Source: Octopus vulgaris
Taxonomy: Eukaryota
DNA length: 64,000 bases
Reading direction: 5' to 3'
Assembly: GCA_951406725.2 (NCBI GenBank)
Contig: OX597830.1
Location: 38,564,001-38,628,000, forward strand
The position numbers were made by a program, and so were the translations under genes. Within the stretch, counting starts at the first letter, position 1. Every line of letters begins with the position of its first letter. Below the pieces are notes generated by a model. The model did not search any database and was not told where the DNA came from. It worked only from the letters and a program-made list of their open reading frames with translations. This document shows, one piece after another, positions 1-10,760 of the stretch.

Positions 1-125
<125 letters not shown>

Positions 126-149
126 AAGCTAGTGCATACTAATTTGATT

Positions 150-1520
150 AGCAGGGATTTTGTATTGAGGATCGATGACAGCAGCTCTCCTCAACTCACA
201 AGAATCATCATTAGGCTTCTTGTAGAATATAGTATGGTACTTGTCAGCAATTAGACCACGCCAGTTTCGGTTTCAGCCTCTTTCAATCCTTAAGATAACA
301 TTTTGGTTGCTGTACAAAGTGCACCAATTACCACAGATGCAATTGTTGACCTCAGCTCTCTGGTTAGATCCTGATATTTCTCTGTTTTTGCAATTTGATT
401 GGCATTGACTCTTCTACCATAGGGATTTGAAAAGGTCTGTAATCTTACATTGTTTCTGCCGTTTGATCTCTATATATCATATCTGGTCTTCTTACTTCAA
501 TAGTATATACAGGTTTTATGGATAGGTTCCACAATATTCTATATTTATCATTTTCTATCACAGCCTCTCGTGCGTGTTCATTCCACGTTTCTGTTATTTT
601 GTATACATTCGGCTAACATCCTAATACAATTTGTAGTCTACACAGTCGTTCTTAAGGTTCTACTCCTTTTGTGCTAATATACTGCACTCACCGAATATGT
701 ATTTGATACATCCGTCCCCTTTGCTGCAGACCCTACTTGTTCTGTCTGACTGAGTTTTGTTAATCTTTGATTGTATCAGATTTGTTCAAATGTATTGTGC
801 CTCAGGAATTGTAATTAATGCTTTGGGCATTCGTTTCAAGTTTCCGTCCGTCCACCAGATTCACCATTGTTGATTTGTAACATTTTCCGTTTCTTGCATG
901 AATTGGACATGTAAATTCTATTTCTTTCCATTTATTTGTTCTGTTGTTCTCCATTTTCTATTTCAATTCTCCTGCAACCAGTTTTTTTTGTATCTCTGAC
1001 TGACGTTTGTATTCATTCTTTATCCTGCACATCATACGTTTTCAGATACACTATTGCAGAATTATGAGTGTCCGTCCTCTGCTACCTTTGTGTCTTGTTT
1101 TATACAGAAAGTCGGAATTGCTTTTAGGAAGGTGTGCGTCGTGCCTTATGAACTGCATTCTGTTACTTATGTCCAGATACTTTGTCCATTTCCCCAAAAT
1201 GGCATAAAACATGTATTTATAGTTAGAATACATTGTCTTCTAATTCTACTCTTGTATTCTTTAGTAACTTTCTCCTTTTTCGTTCCATCATGCTATCGTA
1301 ATTTTAAACTTCTTAGCATGTGTATCCATTATTCCACAGCGATCTGCGGATATGTCTTGTGGTAATTTTATGTCATTACAGTTTACATTTAGGACTCTCT
1401 TCAACATTGATCCTGCAGACTTATGTTTCTCAAACTGCATTCAAATATCTTTAGTAAATACTTTCATAGTTTTCACATTCCCATTTGGTGTACGTAGTAG
1501 TATGTACCAATTACAATTTG
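150..1520 (-). mobile_element. Degenerate non-LTR retrotransposon with restriction-like endonuclease (R4/Dong-like), RT end to C-terminus
   Basis: Minus-strand translation with stops and frameshifts gives VFTKDI*MQFEKHK (RT, ~1420-1465), KYLDI (~1175), RVCSKGDGCIKYIFGECSILAQKE (CCHC-knuckle region, ~665-735), ILWN...RRPDM (RPD at 481-489), EKYQDL (~366-383) and VVIGAL (~318-335), followed by (TAA)n. Confidence 0.7.
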
Positions 1521-2658
1521 ATTTATATTATTTGTACAAAAGAGCAATTAAACAAAAGATTGAATGGAAATAGATACGATTTCAGGTACAATAACAATAA
1601 TGCAACTATTCTCAGAAAATAATCTCCTATCCTTTCAAAATGCATGATGAGAAATATGGTTGTCAGTTATTAACATTACGCCCTGAAAAGAAAAACAGAA
1701 CGATAAGGGAATTTCATCATATATACAAACACCTGATTAAATATTCTTCTTTTTCCTTTTTTCCTCTTTTCTTTCTTTATCTTTTTGCCAATTAGAAACT
1801 TGAAAATTGAAAAGTAATGTTGTAATCCTGTCAACATGCAAACGCAGGTTGCCCTCGTTCACATTTTTGAATTTGAATTTCTATAATTTTGTATTTCTCT
1901 GTATCACTTCACATTTTGAACTCGACAAAGACAGGCAAGCATTGGAAATATTGTTTAAGATAGTAAGATATATATGGCAATTACATTGTGCTCTTCGTAG
2001 TGTATATTTTTATCATCATGATTATTATTGTTATTAAATTTCTATTTATCACAGGTTTTGATGGAGCGCCTGGAGTCTTGCATGCGTACCGAACTCACTA
2101 CTTGCAGACTACGGTACCGCGCTATTTGTTCTTTTCAGCTATCTGATACTTCCCTGATTATTCTCACCATGCCAAGGAGGCAAGTCTATTGTAACAGCTC
2201 TACTTGGCAATCTATTCTAATTACCTTTATATTCCTCTTAATACCTTCCAAAGTACCCAATAATTGGCACTATCTTTAGCTTCTACATTTTCTATGGCCT
2301 GGCTATTTCGTATTAACAATGTTGTATCTATCTATCTATCTATCTTTTAGCCTTCCTTCTTGACTATTCGTGGGTCAAATGGGCAAGCAGCGTCAACTGT
2401 ATAACACATGTGGTGCACATTGTCCACCACCATAAGATCCCGTTTGTTATGCCCTAACAACTGATCTGTGTGGATTGGGAAATTCCACAGGATTTTGCTA
2501 ATCTCTGACTGATACCACATCTTGCTTCTTTCTAGCCCCCACTTTTCGCTACCTGGTCATATTGCCACATCTTGTAGTTGATTTTGACAAGTCTAGGACA
2601 TTCGCTCGTGATATGGGCAACGGTTTCATCCTATTATTATTATTACTATTATTATTAT

Positions 2659-2790
2659 AGGCGGCGAGCAGGCTCGATGAAATGCTTAGCGGTATTTCAC
2701 CCGTCGCTACGTTCTAAATGAAATACTGTGGTCGATGTAATCGGCTTCTCCCCTCCCCATAAATTTGAGGCTTCATGCTTCCAGTAGAAA
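2659..2790 (+). mobile_element. SINE fragment (abundant GGCGGCGAGCTGGC...GAAATGCTTAGC family)
   Basis: Matches other copies in this window (13013, 17511, 55885), with internal deletions. Confidence 0.6.
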
Positions 2791-2792
2791 GA

Positions 2793-2992
2793 ATTATTAT
2801 TATTATTATTATCATTATTATTATCATTATTATTATTATTATTAATATCATCATCATCATCATCATCATCATTATTATTATCATTATTATCATCATCATC
2901 ATCATTATCATCGTAATTTTCATTTTGAACCTCAGCGTCATTCACGTCTTCAATAATATGACGTGTCCGATTTTTTAGATATTTATTTTAAC

Positions 2993-3072
<80 letters not shown>
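2793..3072. repeat. (ATT/ATC)n and (TA)n microsatellites
   Basis: Visible runs at 2793-2912 and 2996-3072; they explain the poly-I/M/N/D ORFs. Confidence 0.95.
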
Positions 3073-3075
<3 letters not shown>

Positions 3076-3723
3076 GCTATGGGCTCACTTTAGAGTGTCT
3101 TCAGTAATTTTGTATATAGCTTTATAACTGATGCATTAATAATGACACTATAACACATACCATACGAACTTTTCAAAGTATAATGCAAAGATTTGTTATG
3201 ACTTATTTGTTGAATATTTACAAGACAATTTCAGACAAGAAATGTCAGGACATCATCTGTTTTTAGCAGGCTTCAGGGAAAAAATAGAAGATTGAAGTAT
3301 GCATTGACTAGAATGAATCAAATGAGGTTTAAACGCTGAATAATTCAAGCGAAAGTAAAGCAGAAGAGAATTCTAACATTTCTGACAAGATGGTCTCTTC
3401 AGTTCTTTTGCACGAAGCGATGTACTAAGTTTAAGTACTAAAATTGTTTGATTGTTGGAAAAATGCCTCGCGTTATTTCGTCGGGCTCTTTATGTATTTA
3501 AGTTCAAATACTGCGGAATTCACATAAGTGTATCATTAATCTGGAGCCGATTGGTTAAAGGACCACTCAAGTTCCAGTAATTGATAGTATCAATTTAAGA
3601 CAGCCTACCCCACCCAAAAACAGCAATCATCGTGTCAAAATTTGAACCCGTTATTATTATTACAGTTAGCAATAACTAGTAGTAGCTACAATAGTAATAC
3701 CAGCGACAACAGCAGCATTAGCA

Positions 3724-4075
3724 GGAGGCGCAATGGCCCAATGTTTAGGGCAGTGGACTCGCGGTCGGATGATCGCGGTTTCGATTCCCAGACCGGGCGT
3801 TATGTGTGTTTATTGAGCGAAAACACCTAAAGCTGTATGAGGCTCTGGCAGGAGGTGGTGGCGACCCCTGTTGTACTCTTTCGCTCCAACTGTCTCTCAC
3901 TCTTTCTCCCTGTTTCTTGTCCCCGACTTCCTACGCAAGCGCTAAGCCTGGATGCGCATTCATCCATCCGTCGATGCACTCGGTGCCGGGGTTGACCTCC
4001 TTTCTCTTCTGTTAGGTCTTACGAATTAGCAAAGGACCACGTTTCGGACTTCTCTCACTACAGAAGACCGCTTCG
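3724..4075 (+). mobile_element. tRNA-derived SINE (tRNA-Arg-like head; resembles octopus OR-type SINEs)
   Basis: A-box-like TGGCCCAATG and B-box-like GTTTCGATTCC; homologous copies at 5200-5357 (-) and 16651-16960 (+). The family name is inference. Confidence 0.75.
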
Positions 4076-4198
4076 CTCAGCATCATCAACATCAGCAGCA
4101 TTAGCAGCAACAGTAAGTGGATTCGTAATGTACAGTGTCGTGTGAATTGGTTCCTAAAATGTTTAATTAATCCCTAATACACACATACATGTATATGC

Positions 4199-4251
<53 letters not shown>

Positions 4252-5109
4252 TGTGTGTGCGTATAGTATATAATTTGAGTTTAAATTTCACTATTGAAAT
4301 TTTCCCAAGTACTAGTACAGTACCGGAGACGATACAATCAGCTGCTTTCTTCTACACCATATAACCTTATAGCAATGTATATATTATCTATTAGCAAGAT
4401 AGAGCACGGAGGTTTGAAAGAACTGTCAGTGCATTTGACAATAATTCACGCGGTATATATTTGCAGATTTTTATGTTCTAAGTTCAATAAAATACGTACC
4501 AGTCTCCTACCTGGCGATCGATATTTTCGAACGTTACTTTACTTTAAATTTATAGCCTTGTGTCAGTGTAAGAAATCATTACCGAAAGTAAAGTTTGTTG
4601 GTAAATTTTGTAGACAGGCAAATATGATGGCCTGTTTATTATATATTTGTCTCTATGTATGGAAAATTAATTAACGCCACTAAGTACTGTACTAAACATT
4701 GTCAATGTATCAATAAAGAATTAATGATATAAAGAGTCATTCACGTACGGTGCGGTCGATTTAGTTATATACACTCCCGAAAAAGTGTCATCTTGTTTAA
4801 GAAATTATATATAAGGATTTCAAAGCTGAACAAATTCTCTTTTCTCTCTTACGACTTCCAAATAAATCTACAGAAACTTAATATTGTAAAACTTACATTC
4901 GTTTTAAATTAACGAGCACTGGCGTGGTTGTTTGACTTGTTAGTTACATCGGGTAAGTTTTCGTCAATTCACATGCCGCCGATTAAATAAAGTTATTATA
5001 CATACTCCCCAATATAAGTGGGAATAAAACAACGCAACTATAGCAGCAATGTTGAGTGTGAATTTATATTCTTTACTTCGGTTTTAAGATCACCGTAAAC
5101 TAACATTCC

Positions 5110-5138
<29 letters not shown>

Positions 5139-5140
<2 letters not shown>

Positions 5141-5357
5141 GTACTTGTTTCAGTCATTTGACTGCGGCCATGCTGGAGCACCGCCTTTTAGAGTGGTGAA
5201 AGGGTACAGCAGGGATCACCACCTCCTGCCGGAGCCTCGTGGAGCTTTTAGGTGTTTTTCGCTCAATAAACACACACAACGCCCGGTCTGGGAATCGAAA
5301 CCGCGATCCTCCGACCGCAAGTCCGCTGCCCTAACCACTAGGCCATTGCGCCTCCAC
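5139..5357 (-). mobile_element. tRNA-derived SINE head joined to a second SINE-type 3' end with poly(A) tail
   Basis: Reverse complement GTGGAGGCGCAATGGCCTAGTGGTTAGGGCAGCGGACTTGCGGTCGGAGGATCGCGGTTTCGATTCCC. The 5140-5190 part matches 42715-42770. A poly(T) run lies at 5113-5140 on +. Confidence 0.75.
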
Positions 5358-5606
5358 TAGGCCTTGCTTATTATATGCAATAAATACGAATCAGAAGCTT
5401 TCTTTGTAAGGGGATTTAGGAAAATCATTTGCAACAGAGTAATATAAAGTCAGACACGCAATATCAAGTAGATGCTTGCATATTCTGTGAATTCGTAGTA
5501 GTAATACTGATCTTTTCATCAATTCCGTTCAATGATATGAAAATCATATATATATAATTTCCACCAAATTAGTTACTATGTTATGTATGTATATATATGT
5601 GTGTGT

Positions 5607-5650
<44 letters not shown>

Positions 5651-5656
<6 letters not shown>

Positions 5657-5865
5657 TCAATATAGGGTGGCAAAAAAAATTTTGTAGAATTCTTTTGCCA
5701 CCAGCGGCCTAGTAGGAAAAAATTAAATAGTCATAAACCATTTTTACGTTCAACATCACAATCAAGGAACGGCCATAATAGGCCATTCACCCACTAGAAA
5801 TAACAGCCAAAAGCTTTAACCGCAAAATAACATTAATTCCGTAAACCAGGAGAAAATTGAAAAAC
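5651..5865 (-). repeat. Inverted partial copy of the 491-bp unit
   Basis: Near-perfect reverse complement of 5886-6097; flanked on the left by (TA)n. Confidence 0.95.
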
Positions 5866-6254
5866 TAAGAAATTACAGGGTAACAGTTTTTCAATTTTCT
5901 CTTGGTTTACGGAATTAATGTTATTTTGCGGTTAAAGCTTTTGGCTGTTATTTCTAGTGGGTGAATGGCCTATTATGGCCGTTCCTTGATTGTGATGTTG
6001 AACGTAAAAATGGTTTATGACTATTTAATTTTTTCCTACTAGCGCTGGTGGCAAAAGAATTCTACAAAATTTTTTTGCCACCCTATATTGATTAATTATG
6101 AATTTTCTGGTTAGTTCCGTAATGGAATCGGTGGCTTATATTTATTTGCTGCCGATAAATTTGGCGCGAGTGCGACGATTTGAAAATTTTAGGTCAGATA
6201 TTGCCGAGGTAGCAAGAGGAATGCCTCGTGAAAAATATCTGTTCCGACTTGGCT

Positions 6255-6361
6255 ATTTCTTACTGATGAGTCTAAGGGCCTATGGTGGATTAGCTTGATT
6301 TAATTTAATCAGGTTAGTTTACCATTAAACGGTAGATGAAACGGTGCATCGTCTAAGAAAT
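6255..6361 (+). ncRNA. Type I hammerhead ribozyme, copy 1
   Basis: Helix I ATTTCTTA(6255-62)/TAAGAAAT(6354-61); core CTGATGA (6263-69); helix II GTCTA...TAGAT; GAAA (6338-41); helix III ACGGTGCATCGT; GUC triplet with cleavage predicted after C6353. Confidence 0.88.
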
Positions 6362-6745
6362 TACAGGGTAAAAGTTTTTCAATTTTCTCCTGGTTTACGG
6401 AATTAATGTTATTTTGCGGTTAAAGCATTTGGCTGTTATTTCTAGTAGGTGAATGGCCTATTATGGCCGTTCCTTGATTGTGATGTTGAACGTAAAAATG
6501 GTTTATGACTATTTAATTTTTTCCTACTAGGCCGCTGGTGGCAAAAGAATTCTACAAAATTTTTTTTGCCACCCTATATTGATTAATTATGAATTTTCTG
6601 GTTAGTTCCGTAATGGAATCGGTGGCTTATATTTATTTGCTGCCGATAAATTTGGCGCGAGTGCGACGATTTGAAAATTTTAGGTCAGATATTGCCGAGG
6701 TAGCAAGAGGAATGCCTCGTGAAAAATATCTGTTCCGACTTGGCT

Positions 6746-6852
6746 ATTTCTTACTGATGAGTCTAAGGGCCTATGGTGGATTAGCTTGATTTAATTTAAT
6801 CAGGTTAGTTTACCATTAAACGGTAGATGAAACGGTGCATCGTCTAAGAAAT
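6746..6852 (+). ncRNA. Type I hammerhead ribozyme, copy 2
   Basis: Same motif as copy 1; cleavage predicted after C6844. Confidence 0.88.
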
Positions 6853-7237
6853 TACAGGGTAAAAGTTTTTCAATTTTCTCCTGGTTTACGGAATTAATGT
6901 TATTTTGCGGTTAAAGCTTTTGGCTGTTATTTCTAGTGGGTGAATGGCCTATTATGGCCGTTCCTTGATTGTGATGTTGAACGTAAAAATGGTTTATGAC
7001 TATTTAATTTTTTCCTACTAGGCCGCTGGTGGCAAAAGAATTCTACAAAATTTTTTTTTGCCACCCTATATTGATTAATTATGAATTTTCTGGTTAGTTC
7101 CGTAATGGAATCGGTGGCTTATATTTATTTGCTGCCGATAAATTTGGCGCGAGTGCGACGATTTGAAAATTTTAGGTCAGATATTGCCGAGGTAGCAAGA
7201 GGAATGCCTCGTGAAAAATATCTGTTCCGACTTGGCT

Positions 7238-7344
7238 ATTTCTTACTGATGAGTCTAAGGGCCTATGGTGGATTAGCTTGATTTAATTTAATCAGGTTAG
7301 TTTACCATTAAACGGTAGATGAAACGGTGCATCGTCTAAGAAAT
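7238..7344 (+). ncRNA. Type I hammerhead ribozyme, copy 3
   Basis: Same motif; cleavage predicted after C7336. Confidence 0.88.
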
Positions 7345-7728
7345 TACAGGGTAAAAGTTTTTCAATTTTCTCCTGGTTTACGGAATTAATGTTATTTTGC
7401 GGTTAAAGCTTTTGGCTGTTATTTCTAGTGGGTGAATGGCCTATTATGGCCGTTCCTTGATTGTGATGTTGAACGTAAAAATGGTTTATGACTATTTAAT
7501 TTTTTCCTACTAGGCCGCTGGTGGCAAAAGAATTCTACAAAATTTTTTTTGCCACCCTATATTGATTAATTATGAATTTTCTGGTTAGTTCCGTAATGGA
7601 ATCGGTGGCTTATATTTATTTGCTGCCGATAAATTTGGCGCGAGTGCGACGATTTGAAAATTTTAGGTCAGATATTGCCGAGGTAGCAAGAGGAATGCCT
7701 CGTGAAAAATATCTGTTCCGACTTGGCT

Positions 7729-7835
7729 ATTTCTTACTGATGAGTCTAAGGGCCTATGGTGGATTAGCTTGATTTAATTTAATCAGGTTAGTTTACCATT
7801 AAACGGTAGATGAAACGGTGCATCGTCTAAGAAAT
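7729..7835 (+). ncRNA. Type I hammerhead ribozyme, copy 4
   Basis: Same motif; cleavage predicted after C7827. Confidence 0.88.
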
Positions 7836-8219
7836 TACAGGGTAACAGTTTTTCAATTTTCTCCTGGTTTACGGAATTAATGTTATTTTGCGGTTAAAAC
7901 TTTTGGCTGTTATTTCTAGTGGGTGAATGGCCTATTATGGCCGTTCCTTGATTGTGATGTTGAACGTAAAAATGGTTTATGACTATTTAATTTTTTCCTA
8001 CTAGGCCGCTGGTGGCAAAAGAATTCTACAAAATTTTTTTTGCCACCCTATATTGATTAATTATGAATTTTCTGGTTAGTTCCGTAATGGAATCGGTGGC
8101 TTATATTTATTTGCTGCCGATAAATTTGGCGCGAGTGCGACGATTTGAAAATTTTAGGTCAGATATTGCCGAGGTAGCAAGAGGAATGCCTCGTGAAAAA
8201 TATCTGTTCCGACTTGGCT

Positions 8220-8326
8220 ATTTCTTACTGATGAGTCTAAGGGCCTATGGTGGATTAGCTTGATTTAATTTAATCAGGTTAGTTTACCATTAAACGGTAG
8301 ATGAAACGGTGCATCGTCAAAGAAAT
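8220..8326 (+). ncRNA. Type I hammerhead ribozyme, copy 5 (first helix I pair mutated)
   Basis: Same core, but GTC is followed by AAAGAAAT (T>A at 8319), which breaks the pair next to the cleavage site. Confidence 0.8.
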
Positions 8327-8444
8327 TACAGGGTAAAAGTTTTTCAATTTTCTCCTGGTTTACGGAATTAATGTTATTTTGCGGTTAAAGCTTTTGGCTG
8401 TTATTTCTAGTGGGTGAATGGCCTATTATGGCCGTTCCTTGATT

Positions 8445-8529
<85 letters not shown>

Positions 8530-9141
8530 GTGTATGTATGTATGTATGAATGTATGTATGTATATTTGCTGAATTTTCTTGAGAACATTTCTTCGTGGTA
8601 AGACCATAGCGAATCTACTTCTAGCATAAGGGTTGTCGACATAGTGGTCATCCCTCTCATATGTATGTAATATGTATATATGACTGTATGTTTACATATG
8701 TATAAACATATACATACACACATACAAACACACGCATACGCACACGCACATACACATATACGTGTATGTATATATATGTTTGTGTGTGATCGTGCCCGCG
8801 TATAAGTGACTATAGTTTGTTAAAAAAAAGAATAGAAGGATCAGTGGGAAGAACATGACAGACAATATGTCAAATCCTGTGTGGTAATTTGCAAGGCACT
8901 AAATGAGAAGAGACTATTTATGAAAAAACAACTGTTCTCTGAAATTATCTTAATATTGATAAAAAGACTGTCAATTCCTGGAGCCAAAGCTATGCACGTG
9001 TGTTTCTGCTTCAATTGAAACCCACCATCGTCAGAGTCAGTTTCATACTTTATCTCTGGCCAAGTGGATAATTATACACTTATAAACGGCTAGAATATAT
9101 TTACACGGATACTTTCTTCCCTGATCGTCTATCTCTACGAT

Positions 9142-9287
9142 GAGATGCTGAAAAGCCCCTGGCTTTAAAGTTATCGCATAAGGCCTGGTTGGACCACTGC
9201 AATAAGAAGGAATATGTTGAATAAAATCATAATTAACTGATTTTCCTGTATTTTCTTTTGCTCAAAGCCATGAAATCTTCATGCCCT
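9142..9287 (+). mobile_element. Mariner-derived MITE-like relic
   Basis: Imperfect TIRs (TGCTGAAAAGCCCCTGGCTTT ... AAAGCCATGAAATCTTCA) and the transposase-end remnant GAATATGTTGAATAA (EYVE*); homologous to 18239-18447. Confidence 0.55.
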
Positions 9288-9953
9288 GGCATATCGCTGC
9301 CTATTTGTCGCGCCTTCTTTATAGGAGGTAGAGCTTCAGTTTATTTAACTCTCCTAGCAACTCGTCTAGGTTTACTCTGTGTGATGACCTCATTTAGGTG
9401 CAGAAATCCGGAAGACTTAGGAAGAAATTTCTCCACACGTGTAGTATTGTATCCTATTTACTGATTCTGAATGATCTTAGGAAGTCACTGACCTGCACAA
9501 TGTGGCCATCTAAGTAATATACATATGAGATGTTGAGTCATCACCTGTTCTGTGATAGTACGACGCCCCCTGCCGAAAATGGACTGGACCACTACATATC
9601 AATAGTGGCCGTCTGACGTGAGGTAATGTTGATAGTTCAAAGTTGGAGACCAATACGAGAAAAGCGTAGGAACTGAAAAACGGATAGAAAGATTATCAGA
9701 GTGAAACTAGCAGATAAAGCGGTAAATCGAAACATGAAATCGGTACTATTAGAGGATGAAAAGGTAGCCAGACTGAAAGAGATATTCGGAAGTAGGATAG
9801 AAAATAAAGAATTGCGGGTTCGATTCGACGAATTACCACCTGTGATACCTTTTGAAGATTGACGAGTTTTCTGATAATTAAAACAAAAACAAACAAACAA
9901 AGAGATACAAACTCAGCATGGCCACAGCTCGTGAGCTGAAATAAAAAAGAAAA

Positions 9954-10395
9954 CACCGGAGTAGTCAACCGTGAAACCGTGAAACTGTTTCAATACCAGA
10001 ATGGAGTGTTGGAACTTAACAAATAATGAGGAGGGTACTTTTATCACCTACACCGGAGTAGTCAACCGTATGTGCGAAAATTTTAAACTGCAGGACCTCA
10101 CTCAGGATATCTTCAAATTATTTATCTATGTTCAAGGACTTCTAGCACTGGAGACAGAGAAATAAATTCGGGCAAGGTTTCCCTCGGAAGTGGAGCAAGC
10201 GAACCAGGATTTATCTCTAGAGACTATCGCAAACGAATGACGTGAAAAAAGAATAAGATTAAGCCATGTACCCATTTCTCTACAAGAATGAACGACTGCT
10301 TAAAAACTCCTGACTGCAGAGGACATGTTTTCAAAGTTAAATGATAGAAAAACATTTCCCAAATTAGATCTGTCTCAAGCCTATTAACAGATAGT
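9954..10395 (+). mobile_element. Ty3/Gypsy LTR-retrotransposon relic (gag fragment joined by deletion to an RT fragment)
   Basis: TYTGVVNRMCENFKLQDLTQDIFKLFIYVQGL (gag-like, ~10046-10140) and TAEDMFSKLNDRKTFPKLDLSQAY*QI (resembles the Gypsy RT motif FSKLDLxxAY, ~10314-10394). Confidence 0.7.
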
Positions 10396-10540
10396 CTGTC
10401 GCTTTCTCAGACAGACTATCTGGAGACTATGGAAATATTTACCTATTTAGCGACTATGTAAAATATCTATAAAACATTTAACTTAATTATTTTTCTCCAA
10501 TTTAATTGTTTTTCTTGTCAGCTTGTGTGAGTGAATCCTA

Positions 10541-10760
10541 CATTAACATCGGGCCGACCAAAACATTGTGAATCGATTCGTGGACGGAATCTGGAAGACG
10601 TCCGGCTTGTACATACAGATATATATTATGTGTCTGAGTGCATATGTTGTGTGTATGTGTGTGTGTTTCTGTGCGTGTGTGTGTACGTATGAGTGCATGT
10701 GTGCACGTGTGAGTGCGTGCTTGTCTGTGTGTGTGTATTTTTGTCGAGTCCGTTCTTGCC
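10541..10760 (+). mobile_element. SINE body fragment with internal (TG)n
   Basis: CGGGCCGACCAAAACATTGTGAATCGATT resembles the reverse complement of 43505-43535; followed by degenerate TG repeats. Confidence 0.45.

Larger units (their letters stand above)
5866..8449 (+). mobile_element. Tandem array of ~491-bp hammerhead-containing units (retrozyme / PLE terminal-repeat-like), 5 full copies plus a partial one
   Basis: Units at 5866-6353, 6354-6844, 6845-7336, 7337-7827 and 7828-8318, partial 8319-8449. They differ by only a few substitutions or small indels, and the array ends in (TA)n. Confidence 0.9.

Noticed and set aside
2697-2978. Low-complexity ORFs (poly-I/N/D/M), and similar poly-L/Y/S/F/K/R and YI/CV ORFs across the window
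   Set aside because: They are translations of microsatellites.
3370-3410. Minus-strand CTGAAGA-GAC...GTC-A-GAAA hammerhead-like string
   Set aside because: There is an extra base before GAAA and no proper helix I, so it is likely chance.
4313-4694. 11-bp inverted repeat TAGTACAGTAC/GTACTGTACTA around a 126-aa ORF
   Set aside because: Too short to call TIRs confidently, and the ORF has no recognisable motif.
6098-6298. 66-aa ORF repeated five times (MNFLVSSVMES...)
   Set aside because: It has no recognisable domain and overlaps the ribozyme core and RNA helices. Identity between copies only reflects the tandem duplication.
5866-8449. CRISPR array or rDNA/snRNA tandem cluster
   Set aside because: There are no unique spacers and no rRNA, 5S or snRNA motifs, and the context is eukaryotic.
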